Made by a program: the position numbers and the translations under genes. From the NCBI GenBank assembly GCA_040954595.2, contig CM082596.2, positions 1 through 64,000 of the forward strand: a stretch of 64,000 bases of DNA. The letters run 5' to 3'. The notes under the pieces are model-generated. The model did not search any database. It worked only from the letters and a program-made list of their open reading frames with translations, and was not told the DNA's origin. Shown piece after piece: positions 50,601-61,503 of the stretch; position 1 is the first letter of the stretch; every line of letters starts with the position of its first letter. The stretch is from Balanoglossus misakiensis. Lineage: Eukaryota; Animalia; Hemichordata.

Positions 50601-53600
50601 ATTCTCATTTTTTATTTTCCTCTGGCCATTCCATATCAGATCATGCTCAGACATGAAGTACAATTGACATGCAAATGACATGACTATCCATGCCAATTAC
50701 TCAGAAAAGATCAAAGTGGTCTGCAGTATATTTCGAGTGATCTGCATTATTATATCATTTTAGACATCAACCCTTTCACCACCATGGTTCAGGCCAAATC
50801 CAATGTTTTCTATGGGAAGGTTGGACCTCTTTAGAGGGAACAGGGGTGAAATGATTAAAAAGCACTTCAGAACAGCACAGAATACAAATCTATTTATTAT
50901 TTTGCTGGTTAAAGTGAAGGCTCAGCATGACTGATTTTTACACATCTGCTAGCCATGGGTTCTGAAAATTAGGAAATGTCACTTTTGCTATAACTTGTGC
51001 AATTTTTTTTACAATAACAGACAAAAATAGTAGCAGAAGTTATATATCTAGGGCTTTATCAACATTTTATGACAATCTTAGTTTGATGTTTTGATTCTCA
51101 TGACGACAGACAGACATCTTTCTTAACTTTTCTATAAATTACAGGAATGTCAACATCAATAACCTCAGTTATGTAATGATAATTCTTACACACAACACCT
51201 TGAATGGTCATACCATAAAGCATTGTATTGAAAAACAAAGTAAAACACTAAATCTAACAGGGATAATACTCTACAATAGCAGGTTATGAACCACACCACA
51301 ATTAGCCGAGCATTGTGATTCTGTTACATAGCTTGTAAAATATTACCTTGCAATATGTTATGCCTAGCAAAATCACACCTGAATAACAGTAGAGAGAGAT
51401 CTTCACAAACACAAATATACTCAACAAATTTGGAAAGACAATGTTATTGAGGTAGTCAAACTATACATTGAAACAAAAATACCTGGTAATTTGATGAAAT
51501 GTTATATAAGTGCCACCTTTAAGCCTCCACTGCCCTACCTTATTTTCAACAATATAGACATGATGTTAACAGGGAGAACGAAATCTCCATACAAACATGT
51601 TAACATTTATCTGAGAATTGTATTACTTTTCAGGTCAGACATAACCTGTTGTATATATAAATCCTGTTTTACATGTTCAAGAAATTTGTTTCTCGTTCAT
51701 CACCTCATACAGACTAAAAAATAACCATGACAACCAGAACTTTAACTTTAAAAACCTTACAGTATTTATCATACAGATGCTTGCTTGTATCTAATGAACT
51801 GGGATTCTAAAATTTGACCTTGGCCACCCTTTCTCTGTAAGAATTTTACAAAAGCACATATTTTTTTAACCTAGGCGAAAAAATGAGCCACACATTGTAT
51901 GAAATTTGATTGAATACAGCTGTTACTGATATGAAAATGTCCACTCACTCAACAGATCATGAAACTGACGATACCTTTTGACATTCACAAAAATGTAACA
52001 ATCACTGCACCTTACCACCAAGTATTTTCCTTTGGCTCCGCTAAGCTTTTTAAAAACCCGCAAACCAGACATGAAGCTCCGGTCTTTTTCAGTCCGACGA
52101 CGATTAAAACGTCTCTCAAAAACGGATATCAGTGAAAAGGTTCAGGAAATGAGTTCCCTTTTAGATGTGTTTCTGGTAATTATGACAGTCTTAAGCAGAG
52201 TACGTGTGCCAGCATAACTGGTTAATGATAAAATGGACTGCTATTATATTTGCTATGCACCTGGCAGACACACAGACACCTGATTTGCATAATGGAGAGC
52301 ACAGCTGGGTCTGAAGAGATATGACTGAAGGGGAGGAGAGTTCGCAGCACCATGGCAACATATGCTTCATCATCATCATCATTATAATCCTCATCATCTA
52401 TGAAAGGGTGCCAACATTCAACATCAATTTCACAACATTTGATAGAAGGTCAAGTCATCCTTTAATTAATGTAGAAACAGCAACTGTAAATTTCTGGCAC
52501 ACCACATTGTCATTCAGCACAAGTTAGCAGTTGGACTACATCAATCACAAGAGGGCATTTTTAGAGAATTGAATGTATAAGCAGTCCTTATCAACCTAAG
52601 TGGCAATGAGCACCGGTTTCCGTCTCTGAAGCCTCATTGTTGTTTGCTACCTGGCAACCATTTCCAAATTAGCAATGAGCTTGACAATCATGCTATCATG
52701 TCAACATCACTAATGCCCCACTCATACCCTCCCCCTCTCTTTCCCCTTTTCTCTATCCCTGTCTTTCTTTCTCAAACCACCCATACATCCCCCACTGCAT
52801 TAGAAATGCACTCATCTAACCATGGCATTTCCCTAATCACATGGAATGGCTTTCCTTTTAAGGCAAGACAGCCTCAACTCTACGAGTCTGGCAGCTAGTT
52901 TCAGCATTAAACATGCGTAAGCCCGAACACATGTATTATTCATGCCAACTCCTGTATTATACTGCTTACGAAAACAAGTCTTGCTTTGCTGCATAATCAA
53001 TATACATATTACCAATACCATCAACAAATTAATCAAGAAAATATAACACAAGAGTTTAAATTTCTGATGTAAATTATGATCTGCAGAATAACATCAAATT
53101 AAATACAATAATTACTTCTATCACGTTTTTATGGTATCTCTTTTTGACAAATGTCAAAGATATTCTTTTTCATACAAGTATAAAATTCTGCTTAAGTCTT
53201 AGTGTACATTTTGGCAACTCAATAAGTTTCTAGCAAGGAAAACATAAACATATTTATTTGATCCATCATGAGAGTGGTTTGCTTTGATACTATCAGAAGG
53301 TTTTGCTTGCAAACCTGGATGTGTGACTGTTATTTTTTTTTTTCATTTCTTTTCTATAAAAATAATTTACATGTTATGTAAATTGCTGAGTGTTAAAATA
53401 TTTCAAAATTTTATGCAATTAATAACCCTGGTATTTTTCATTGTACCATGTGGTTTAGTTTAGTAATGACAACAATATGGCTTGCATAACACCAATCGTA
53501 ATTATGAATATCATTTTTCCTCAATGCTTTCAGGGAGTCTTTGTCTCAATTTTCTTACATACAATATAATACAGCACAAAAATAACATGGACACTGTCAC

Positions 53601-56600
53601 TTCAAATATTTTTTGACATACTGCAAGAACAGTATGTAGTAACTAGTTGAAAGAAGCACCATGATTTAACCGGCCCAAATCCTTTATTTATGAGCCCATA
53701 TTATTGTACCACACAGTCTTATGCAATGTTCTCACTAGTGCACATCCCTGGCCAGGGAAATGCCCGAAGAAACAGTCTCCATCCAGCAACTATTGATTGC
53801 AACCCTGGTCATCTAAGTTCTTGTGCTGTATACAATGGTAGAATTCAATATCTGGACCACATATCTAAACACTGATCAACTTGTTCTATCTTGCTGAACA
53901 AAATTATTCAAAAAACATGCCATTAACTGCTTAACTAAATTTATCAGTCTGTTGAATTGGCTAACAACTGATAGTGCCTATCACAAAATGAAACCACTGT
54001 GCTACTAGTTTGAGAAAACATATATTAACATTACTTGTATTTTGCTTAGCTGCACTGAGTATGGTGGATAATTCTCTCACTATATTATCTCCTATCTTGA
54101 ACAATCTTATCACTTCGCTGATAAATAGCATTGTAGAGACGTGTTTATAAATTATAAATTATGAGTATTGCAGAGATATATCTAAACTCACATCAGATGT
54201 GATTTCAATGAAATCCATACAATTATGTAGTTTTGAATGAAGATATCAATTTTATAGTATTCCATCATTTTAGTAAAATCTTGAATTTATGGGTTGCAGT
54301 GGGGCTAATAAAAGAAAGGACTTTTAGTTTCATCAGAAGCCTGTATTTCTAGAAATTTACAGAGAATGACAATGAATGGAAAAACACTGAAATTTGAGAA
54401 CAGTTGTTTTTCTCCTGGATTAATGTTCTGACTATAATATTATTATTATTAAAAAGTACAATGTCACATATATAATAAATGAACAATTGCATTACTTACT
54501 ATTTGATATTTCTTTTCACTCTTACATGGAAATCTTTGACAGTTTAAAAACATTCACTTGGGTAAGAACTTGAATTATGTTCAAGCCCTTTAAACTTGCA
54601 ATTGAAAATTAAACAGCAACATTTTCTATGTTAGTATTTGAATGACCTAAATACTGGGGCAAATTTGATGAATATATCTGACCTTGACCTAAACATGGTT
54701 TTATATTCTGTCTGTGAATTCTCACTATTTATAATCTTACAAAATGCCTCTTTTCTGCAATTATCTCATCAGCAATTAAAGAAACGTTAATATTACACTA
54801 CTATACCAGAAAACCTAAAATACATAAATGTTGATACTCAGTGACCTGAAAGAAAAACCACAGCCATATAATAAAATCTATATGCACGCATATAAATTCC
54901 TTTTCTGCTGTTTTTGGTGCAAAGACGACAAAACTGCAAGACTCCTTTACACGTGAAATAGAAAAAACACTGTCTAATATTGGTTTATTTCAGTGAAAAA
55001 ATGTTTAAGTGTAATTTTAATATGCAAATTGTCTCTATTACCCGAAACCATCTCTTTGTCAACCGCACCCATTTTGTGTTATAAAATGAGCATTCAGTTT
55101 CACCAGCAGCAATTTCTATGAATATATAGAATATGAATTGTCTTGCCTGAGGGCAGTAAACAGCATCTGTACCATATGTTGAGGTTTTTTTAGATGCAGG
55201 ATAGTAAAAAATGTTTTTATGAGTCATCAGAAAGTATCTGCACCCTGCATATAAATGTATCTATAATAGTATATGGTGTGTCTATGTGTGTCTGCACATC
55301 TGTGTGTCTGTAATTATAGTGGATGGAGTCTTCTTCTATTTTGTCTATAATGAATCTACCAGTAATGGTAAACCAGCGTGATTCCCCTAACTGTGGGACC
55401 AGCAATGGAACTACCTGGCAAAAAACATGTTAGATTGTGACAGATATCACAAACAAGCTGAACTGGAGTCAACTTGACAAATCAGCAATGTCTTTGCCAA
55501 ATCCGATCATGAACTTGAAGGTGTAAACATGGGCAACCTGTGAGTCGCAATCAGAAAGGGTACAGACAAATGCCGCTAAAAAATCTTTGAATCCACTGAA
55601 CCATGGTATAAATTTCATATTATATGTAAAAATAGTTGTATTTTTCATACAGTAATGACCCCCTTCCTGAATTCTATCACTAATAATTGGCTCATCTAAC
55701 CAAAGGTGCAATTATTCAAACTAGCAGTGGCCTGGTTTAACATTCTGTGATGACCTGAGAGGATTTTACTGATTGTCACACAGTGGCTTGCCTGAAACCA
55801 TCACCACCAGTTATGATACCATTTTATCTGAATTAAGTTTGCATTTGAACAGTCTATCAATGTAAAAGCTGAACTCCATACATTGTGATGTTCAAAGGTT
55901 AGAGTTCAATACCATAGCAACATATACATGTAATACAGCTTATATTTGAAGCACCAATTTGAACTGTCATCACATCTTCAAATCCTATACTTTATCATTT
56001 GAAATCTCATTTTCATTGGTCTGATGTTTCCATATCTCATTTTTCTCACAATTTTCAATTCAGGAAGAATTCATGAGGGGGTTTCCTGCATCTGAATATT
56101 TAATGTCTCATTCTTTCATGCTCTGATGACTACTCGGACCTGCCACTAATCTATTACCTGCGTTCAGTTATGAATTGTAATGTCTTGCAATGTTACTGTA
56201 TTACACACAAATGTAACTGCGTCATTTCGCTAACTGCAGTATTATCTACCTCAGGCTTTCCACATGATATCTCCACAAGCATGAAAATCTTTGTGGTCAT
56301 CCCCAAACCACAATGGAATATTCTGGTACACTCAGCTATATCATAGGAAGATTCCAAGTCATGTCCAAACAATAATTATATAGGTGTGAAGCCCTCTCCA
56401 CTGTTAGTCCTGCCAATTGAGCAAAGTCAATTCACAAAAGCTAGTTTTATAATATCAGTGTCCTTGAAAGGGAATGCACACAACCTGTCTTCGTTCTAAA
56501 TTTCAAATGTGTTTTTCTCAAGTTTAATTATAAAAATTATTTGTTATTATAATGGATGAAACACACTCTCAGCAAAACTTAAAACCATAAAAAAAAGATG

Positions 56601-57929
56601 AGGAACTGCTGCTGTTCAGTGGAATTCAGAAACAACTGTGTACCTACTTCTATATTCTCAGCACAAAAAGAAAGCAAGTACTGTTAGACGTACTTGGATC
56701 AGGTTGGTATGCCATGTAATGACGTCAGTAGCTGACACACACAGAGTGGGGACAATAAAGCTAGAGGGATTAACTAGGAGTTTGTCTGAAGACATTGTGA
56801 CAGGAATAGTAACACAGGTGTTTTTTCTTCCAAATATGGAATTCATCAACATTCTCATTGATCCTTTCCAAAATAAGAAAAATTCTATGGATTTTTTCTG
56901 ATGCTCAACAGCCGTTCAGATTATTATATGTATAAGGTAAACTGGTTGCAAATTCAAAACAGACCATGGAATACACAGCTTATTTTTTTTAAATGTTCAC
57001 AGTGTAGTACATTTTGAAAAATAAAATTATTTTTAATCATCAAGGAATGAATTGGTAAGAATGTTGACACTTACAAATGTAATTTTCCTTCATTAATGTC
57101 TCATAACATGTTTTATGTCACATGACTGCCATAAGGCCTTAATAATATCCATTGAAAAAGCTGTATTGTATTGTAATATAAGTTTTAAGTGAAAATTTTG
57201 AAGAAAACAAATGCATCATGTGTGATTTATCATGACGTGGACTGGTATCAACATGAATGTTTACAATAATACTGAATCATCTTTAGCTTATGATGTCACT
57301 GTCTATGTAACAAATGGAATTATTGAAAAACCTGTACACACGGGATCTTGGGATGTGGTAATGACACTCAATCAACATTGGATATATACACTAGGACTGT
57401 AGAGACACAATGCAACCACCAGATAGGGTTTTGGCATGGGCAGGGGTAGGGTTTGAGTTGAAGGATCTTACCTCTTCTGCTAGGTCTTCTGGCTGTGCTA
57501 ATGGTGGCTCATAGATAGGGTTTTGGCATGGGCAGGGGTAGGGTTTGAGTTGAATGATCTTACCTCTTCTGCTAGGTCTTCTGGCTGTGCTAATGGTGGC
57601 TCATAGATAGGGTTTTGGCATGGGCAGGGGTAGGGTTTGAGTTGAAGGATCTTACCTCTTCTGCTAGGTCTTCTGGCTGTGCTAATGGTGGCTCATAGAT
57701 AGGGTTTTGGCATGGGCAGGGGTAGGGTTTGAGTTGAAGGATCTTACCTCTTCTGCTAGGTCTTCTGGCTGTGCTAATGGTGGCTCATAGATAGGGTTTT
57801 GGCATGGGCAGGGGTAGGGTTTGAGTTGAAGGATCTTACCTCTTCTGCTAGGTCTTCTGGCTGTGCTAACGGTGGCTCATCCCTTGCAATAGCTGAACCC
57901 ATCTCATTTGTGCCAGCACCAAGAAGTTG
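23612..57929 (-). CDS. TRIO: Trio/kalirin-family RhoGEF-kinase, 3' half (28 exons, 4203 nt, ~1400 aa: DH2-PH2-SH3-Ig-FN3-Ser/Thr kinase); 5' part lies beyond the window
   Basis: All traced exons have GT-AG boundaries and join in frame. Family motifs: [97 protein letters not shown]. The FN3 domain is a kalirin-like trait, consistent with a single pre-vertebrate Trio/kalirin ortholog. Confidence 0.95.
24634..24769 (-). CDS. TRIO: Trio/kalirin exon, kinase end ([13 protein letters not shown]...RRKTQ)
   Basis: CAG/GTAGAC boundaries; phase 2-0. Confidence 0.92.
24977..25648. mobile_element. ~670-bp TA-flanked MITE in a Trio intron
   Basis: Imperfect ~60-bp TIRs: TAGTTGCAGTTCAGTAGCT...CAAAACCAGAGCTACA versus TGTAGCTCTGGTTTTG...AGCTACTGAACTGCACCTA. 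Confidence 0.75.
25805..25957 (-). CDS. TRIO: Trio/kalirin kinase exon ([19 protein letters not shown]...KEDP)
   Basis: TAG/GTTTGT; phase 2-2. Confidence 0.95.
26485..26770 (-). pseudogene. Transposase C-terminal catalytic fragment in the left arm of the element
   Basis: [14 protein letters not shown]...[24 protein letters not shown]; apparently frameshifted near the C-terminus. Confidence 0.88.
26759..27034 (-). CDS. Transposon ORF2, SAM (sterile alpha motif) domain protein, probably 3'-truncated
   Basis: [60 protein letters not shown] fits the SAM pattern V.dWL..i.l..Y...F.......L..L...DL......gHR..il.ai..L. Good start context CAAAATGA. Confidence 0.78.
   Translation of the reverse strand: MNTPRVSSVDVEDFLRNIDPMLEKYASNFRRLDFVNTTHMKFLKPRDLEKFTCKVSDVHRRMLLNAVAKLQTPSSKLGLRDEESPKANEGL
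27398..27760 (+). pseudogene. Transposase gene remnant: paired-like HTH N-terminus joined by deletion to a degenerate C-terminus
   Basis: ATG at 27398 with an inferred 2-nt AG slip gives [61 protein letters not shown], resembling the start of a Pax/Tc1 paired domain. After ~27583 another frame reads [12 protein letters not shown]. Confidence 0.75.
27824..27902. mobile_element. 79-bp palindromic mini-element inserted in the right TIR
   Basis: Perfect 34-bp arms CTGCGTACAGGTCTGTGTGTTCCCGGCGTTACAC-G-GTGTAACG...CGCAG; TA ends; absent from the left TIR. Confidence 0.85.
28755..28781 (-). CDS. TRIO: Trio/kalirin 27-nt kinase microexon ([10 protein letters not shown])
   Basis: TTTTTCCATAG/GTATGT; supplies the missing part of the alphaF helix between DIW and LSGVSPF. 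Confidence 0.92.
29047..29222 (-). CDS. TRIO: Trio/kalirin kinase exon (PEN...DFG...APE...DIW)
   Basis: CAG/GTAAGT; phase 0-2. Confidence 0.96.
29373..29511 (-). CDS. TRIO: Trio/kalirin kinase exon (IPNGRLFDY...IVNLDIK)
   Basis: CAG/GTTAGT; phase 2-0. Confidence 0.95.
29764..29964 (-). CDS. TRIO: Trio/kalirin kinase exon (GRFSLVKKC...VAAK...IIIEL)
   Basis: TAG/GTAAGT; phase 2-2. Confidence 0.95.
30373..30454 (-). CDS. TRIO: Trio/kalirin exon, linker to kinase ([17 protein letters not shown])
   Basis: TAG/GTAAGG; phase 1-2. Confidence 0.92.
30688..30858 (-). CDS. TRIO: Trio/kalirin FN3 exon 2 ([24 protein letters not shown])
   Basis: CAG/GTAGGT; phase 1-1. Confidence 0.93.
31240..31380 (-). 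CDS. TRIO: Trio/kalirin FN3 exon 1 (KPGLPGRP...VQWEPP...YTIE)
   Basis: CAG/GTAAGT; phase 1-1. Confidence 0.93.
31901..32185 (-). CDS. TRIO: Trio/kalirin Ig (I-set) exon
   Basis: PPEFNEPL...[15 protein letters not shown]...[14 protein letters not shown]; CAG/GTAATT. Confidence 0.96.
32293..32434. repeat. (CATA/CAGA)n microsatellite
   Basis: Direct reading. Confidence 0.96.
32505..32532 (-). CDS. TRIO: Trio/kalirin 28-nt microexon (LLNPGFIYE)
   Basis: CAG/GTGAGT; equivalent to Trio LLNPNYIYD. Confidence 0.9.
32980..33106 (-). CDS. TRIO: Trio/kalirin exon ([10 protein letters not shown]...SKVTVK)
   Basis: TTTCAG/GTAAGT; phase 2-0. Confidence 0.88.
35779..35822 (-). CDS. Candidate alternative first coding exon ([15 protein letters not shown]) for an Ig-FN3-kinase-only isoform
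   Basis: AACCATGG Kozak; AG|GTAGGT donor; phase 2 matches the exon starting at 33106. Confidence 0.5.
38891..39132 (-). CDS. TRIO: Trio/kalirin SH3-2 exon
   Basis: [20 protein letters not shown]...[12 protein letters not shown]; CAG/GTAAGA. Confidence 0.95.
39414..40035 (-). CDS. TRIO: Trio/kalirin large Ser/Pro/Lys-rich linker exon
   Basis: CAG/GTGAGT; phase 2-0; open for 622 nt. Confidence 0.88.
40723..41377. mobile_element. Penelope-like retroelement fragment (GIY-YIG endonuclease, inverted pseudo-LTR)
   Basis: Minus frame 41243-40794: [42 protein letters not shown]...GIGEH...GH...RKVKESIYI...MNRDQG. Inverted ~80-bp repeat 40720-40800 / 41244-41324. Apparent 12-bp TSD ATACAAACACAC at 40711 and 41378. 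Confidence 0.92.
40747..40787 (-). ncRNA. Minimal hammerhead-ribozyme-like motif in the PLE pseudo-LTR (second copy 41257-41297, + strand)
   Basis: TGCG-TGATCAAG-CTCCG-TTGTAGT-CGGATC-GAAACGTC-GCA; the core deviates from CUGANGA. Confidence 0.55.
41571..41637 (-). CDS. TRIO: Trio/kalirin exon after PH2 ([11 protein letters not shown]...)
   Basis: TAG/GTAAGG; phase 1-2. Confidence 0.92.
42129..42308. mobile_element. ~180-bp imperfect palindrome, foldback end of a non-autonomous element
   Basis: Arms GGGCAACAGCATAC...GTGAGTCACCC..CAAAACAGACTGTTTC around CTCGGCCTTCGGCC. Confidence 0.7.
42327..42501 (-). CDS. TRIO: Trio/kalirin PH2 exon
   Basis: VNTMSL...[20 protein letters not shown]; TAG/GTAGGA. 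Confidence 0.94.
42878..43075 (-). CDS. TRIO: Trio/kalirin PH2 exon
   Basis: [13 protein letters not shown]...ERRVFLFEQ...YKNSAK. Confidence 0.95.
43414..43542 (-). CDS. TRIO: Trio/kalirin DH2 end exon
   Basis: DFLK...[21 protein letters not shown]. Confidence 0.95.
43794..43886 (-). CDS. TRIO: Trio/kalirin DH2 exon
   Basis: [26 protein letters not shown]. Confidence 0.96.
43998..44084 (-). CDS. TRIO: Trio/kalirin DH2 exon
   Basis: [20 protein letters not shown]...FFD. Confidence 0.96.
44362..44431 (-). CDS. TRIO: Trio/kalirin DH2 exon
   Basis: [23 protein letters not shown]. Confidence 0.93.
44562..44668 (-). CDS. TRIO: Trio/kalirin DH2 exon
   Basis: GYMKKM...[14 protein letters not shown]. 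Confidence 0.95.
44888..44954 (-). CDS. TRIO: Trio/kalirin DH2 start exon
   Basis: [22 protein letters not shown]. Confidence 0.95.
45418..45662 (-). CDS. TRIO: Trio/kalirin Glu-rich linker exon
   Basis: CAG/GTATGT; phase 0-2; leads into DH2. Confidence 0.9.
47227..47316 (-). CDS. TRIO: Trio/kalirin linker exon (SMLSVK...[14 protein letters not shown])
   Basis: CAG/GTATGT; resembles Trio ELVSAIEELVKSKM. Confidence 0.88.
47921..48109 (-). CDS. TRIO: Trio/kalirin linker exon (…[11 protein letters not shown]…)
   Basis: CAG/GTGAGC; conserved LPPPM motif. Confidence 0.9.
49893..50212. repeat. Tandem duplication of 160 bp (2 copies)
   Basis: GGTTTGTTAAAAATACAAAG at 49893 and 50053; near identical. 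Confidence 0.93.
50369..50858. mobile_element. Two ~92-bp piggyBac-like MITEs in opposite orientation (50369-50461, 50767-50858)
   Basis: ACCCTTTCACC...GGTGAAAGGGTTAA ends; internal sequences are reverse complements. Confidence 0.75.
52016..52072 (-). CDS. Candidate alternative first coding exon ([19 protein letters not shown]), Duet-like isoform
   Basis: ATG with an upstream in-frame stop; GTG|GTAAGG donor; phase 0 fits exon 48109; local CpG enrichment. Confidence 0.55.
55217..55414 (-). CDS. Candidate alternative terminal exon (VVPLLVPQ...LSDDS*)
   Basis: TTTTTTGCCAG acceptor; 65 open codons in phase 0; AATAAA ~230 nt downstream (~54985). Confidence 0.35.
   Translation of the reverse strand, partial: VVPLLVPQLGESRWFTITGRFIIDKIEEDSIHYNYRHTDVQTHIDTPYTIIDTFICRVQILSDDS
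57421..57880. repeat. 92-bp VNTR (5 copies) overlapping an exon-intron junction
   Basis: AGATAGGGTTTTGGCATG... starts at 57421, 57513, 57605, 57697 and 57789. Confidence 0.97.
57840..57929 (-). CDS. TRIO: Probable Trio/kalirin exon ([30 protein letters not shown])
   Basis: Pyrimidine tract + TAG; GAG|GTAAGA; 90 nt open in phase 0-0; no family motif recognised. Confidence 0.7.
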
Positions 57930-60900
57930 CTATAGAAACAAGGATAAAGAAAGGCCACCATTAGAAATGACCTGAAAGTAAACATTGGAAAGTTTGCGAC
58001 TGAATTTTTGTCGAATCTATGAAGATAAAACAAAGGCAATTATTTTTTAAAGGAAATTGCTTTTCTTGTAAGTTAGTTATCTGGTAACCATCCTATGAAT
58101 GTTCCTCAAATTTGGAAGTTAATGATAATGTCAGGAAATTCCCAATAATGAACCATACCCAAGATAAATGTGACAAACTTAATTAAAAAGAAGTATAGCA
58201 AGAAAATGCTGGTTCTAGCCTTAGTGGGGTCAGTTACACTTATTTTCAGTTCTTATAATAAACAGATACATTTACATAACAATACATCTGGCAAATAAAT
58301 AGAAAAGTTGCCACTGAGGGCAATCTTCATGTGTTACAATGAGGGCTGGAGTAGTGCAGTGATATGTTAGCCATGTTTGTTCATATGTCAAACACTGGGC
58401 ATTGTGACAACTTGGTTCTTCTGTTACAGGAAATTCAATATACAAAGGACAGTATATGCCTCGTCACTCCAACATAAGCATGCAAAAAAGGAAAGCACAG
58501 TGGCTCTAACACTGAAATGCCCTGGCACACAAAAGATATCCTGGTCATGTAATTCATGACAGACTGGTACATCCCTAACTATTTATGAAACTAGTAGAGC
58601 ATGAACAGTCTACACATCTCTGTTGAGATTAACCCAGATTAGTATACACATACTGCCATAACCTAGGGTGCTGAATCATAAAATAACTTTCCGTATTTGT
58701 ATAGTACATGGAGTCCCAATATGGATGACATGGATATAGGTTTGGTCTATTTGACCTTTCATCTGCCGAATGTGTACAAACAAATTTATGGTTTAATAAT
58801 TCTGGTATAGAATTCGCCTGCAAATACCCAAAAGTCTTGGGGTACTTTGAGTGTATCCTCCTAACAACACATACAAAGTTAATTTTCTGTATCATTTTAT
58901 AGCTCCAGCCTAATAGTGACATCTGTAAAAATTAATTTATATCCCTACCCTGGGAAAACCTTTCACCTCCACTAAATATACAAAACACTTCCCATCTGGT
59001 GAATCCACGTAGCATGAGTCTCCCACTCAGAGTATAGGTTGGGTTTTTTCCAGTTACCCAACAAATTACACCTTTACAGGAAAAAAGCAGTATTAACTGC
59101 ATCTTTCTGTATGATTTTTCTGCTCAGAAAATGTTATCCCTGATATTAAATGCTTACTACAACTGTATCAACATTTATGATGTACATTTTCTTTACACAA
59201 ATCTAATTGTACTGCACCAACATATTCAAACTTTTTTTCCCTTGACATTCACAGCATGATTCATCAAAACCCCTCCATCACTACCTGTGGTAAAAACCAT
59301 AGTGTTTCATGGCAGGTTTGAGTCCTTACATTTCAATCATTTCTAGTTGAAAAGGAAAATTTAAAATGTTACATCCTGGTTCAATTTACAGATAAATAAC
59401 ATCATGATTAAACTTACAGATAGATACTTTCAACATCTGGGGAATTAGAATTTGAAATTTTTATAACTGAATTTGAAGTTTTATATACTATGCAAGTACA
59501 AGCAACTGGTAAATATACCAACTGTTATAGAATTATTATTTTCATGATTATGTAATGTTATTAATAAAATACCTTTATGTTATCTAAAAGCCATCTAGTG
59601 TGTGTTATTCCTAGAATCACTAGGCCAACTAGACTGTTATCGCACAAGTCACAAGCCAGCTTGTCTGTCACCCCACAAGGCACTAAGCCAGCTTGTCTGA
59701 TATTAGTCAAGTGATTAAGCTAGCTGCTAGTATGTTATCTTACAAGTCACTAAGCCATCTAGTGTATCAGCTATAGTGTCATGAAATTGAAATTTTAGGG
59801 TTTCATTAATATAAAAATAATGTAAAAACACATTTTAAATCAGGGTTAAATGTGCAAATGTGAGCACACAGACATTTATGGAGACTTAAACTCCAAAGTA
59901 TCCAAATGATATTTTCACTCAGTAATCTTTCAGGATGAATCAGCATATTTAAATGTGGCACTTGAAGATAATTACAGTACATTAGAGGAAACATACATGT
60001 AGATACCCATAGTTCGACTGCTTTGAGTGAGTGACAAAATATCTATGCAGTTGGAAGTGCTTCAGTGTTTATGTAGCTTCATCCAAAATATCGTTTTCGG
60101 GTTTGGGGTTATAACACGACATGGTTGAACACATTGAATACTATGTACAAACCCAGTTTGGATAATGAAACAAATAAGGTGGTTGTTGCTGTTTTTTTAA
60201 ACCTGACAGATATCACACCTGAACTTCCGATCAAGTTTTCATTTGCTAAGACTATCTCGGTAAAACACTCTGTTATATAAATGCAATTGTCACATCTCAT
60301 GAGAGAAGAAGGTCACCATATGACTAACATAACAAAGGTCACTGGAAGAGATTACACCTACATGTATGTCAAGGTTGATGGAAATATGACACTGTTTTTC
60401 CATATCAATTGACTGATTACCATGGTAACTAAATTAGCTGGAAGATGTTACGAAGGTGAGAACCAGCAAAAAACCTGTAATTTGCATTATTTCTCCATTT
60501 CTGTAAATTTTAGGTAACATACATCATTAAAAGGTGATACATTTCATTAAAAACATTGGTTGTGAAAGAAAGCAACAGCAACAGTGAGAAATGGGTCTGA
60601 TTTAAAACATTTGACCTTATCAAGTTTGTACACGAAATGCTTTCAAAATTGTTTAACAGTCAAGATGTATTCACTTTCCACTCAAACAGAAAGGCATGTT
60701 TACTGGTTTTACTCCTTTGAATATCATCTTTTTATAAATTTAAACTTTGTAACACACAAAAACATATACTGAACTCTTCTATCCAAGCAATATGCATGAT
60801 AGATATATACCGGTGAACATAAATAATTTATTTGATCTTAGTTATGTATTATGTTTCTTGTTGTAGAATGGTGGTACTCTAGATATGCCACTACCACTTT

Positions 60901-61242
60901 CCATCCATCTAATCACAATGGCATTATTGGTTTAACATGATCACATCACAACTGCATAACTGTGATCCTTTAAAACTGGTCAACCTGATACTCATATCAA
61001 CTTTGTCACAGTAAAAGTCAAGGTCACCATGCCATAGGTATCAGACTATTTTTGTTATTTAGATTGATGAATACGTACAGTGGGTATACACAGACTGCTA
61101 TGCACATACACAATATATACACAGATGTAGCAGCAATGATTGTCACGGGTGCTGCTAGGTTGACTGGTGTGTTCGCAGCCCTACCGCTACAAGGCCCTCC
61201 GTGTTACACAGATGTAGAAAACACACATTCACACATACATCT

Positions 61243-61503
<261 letters not shown>

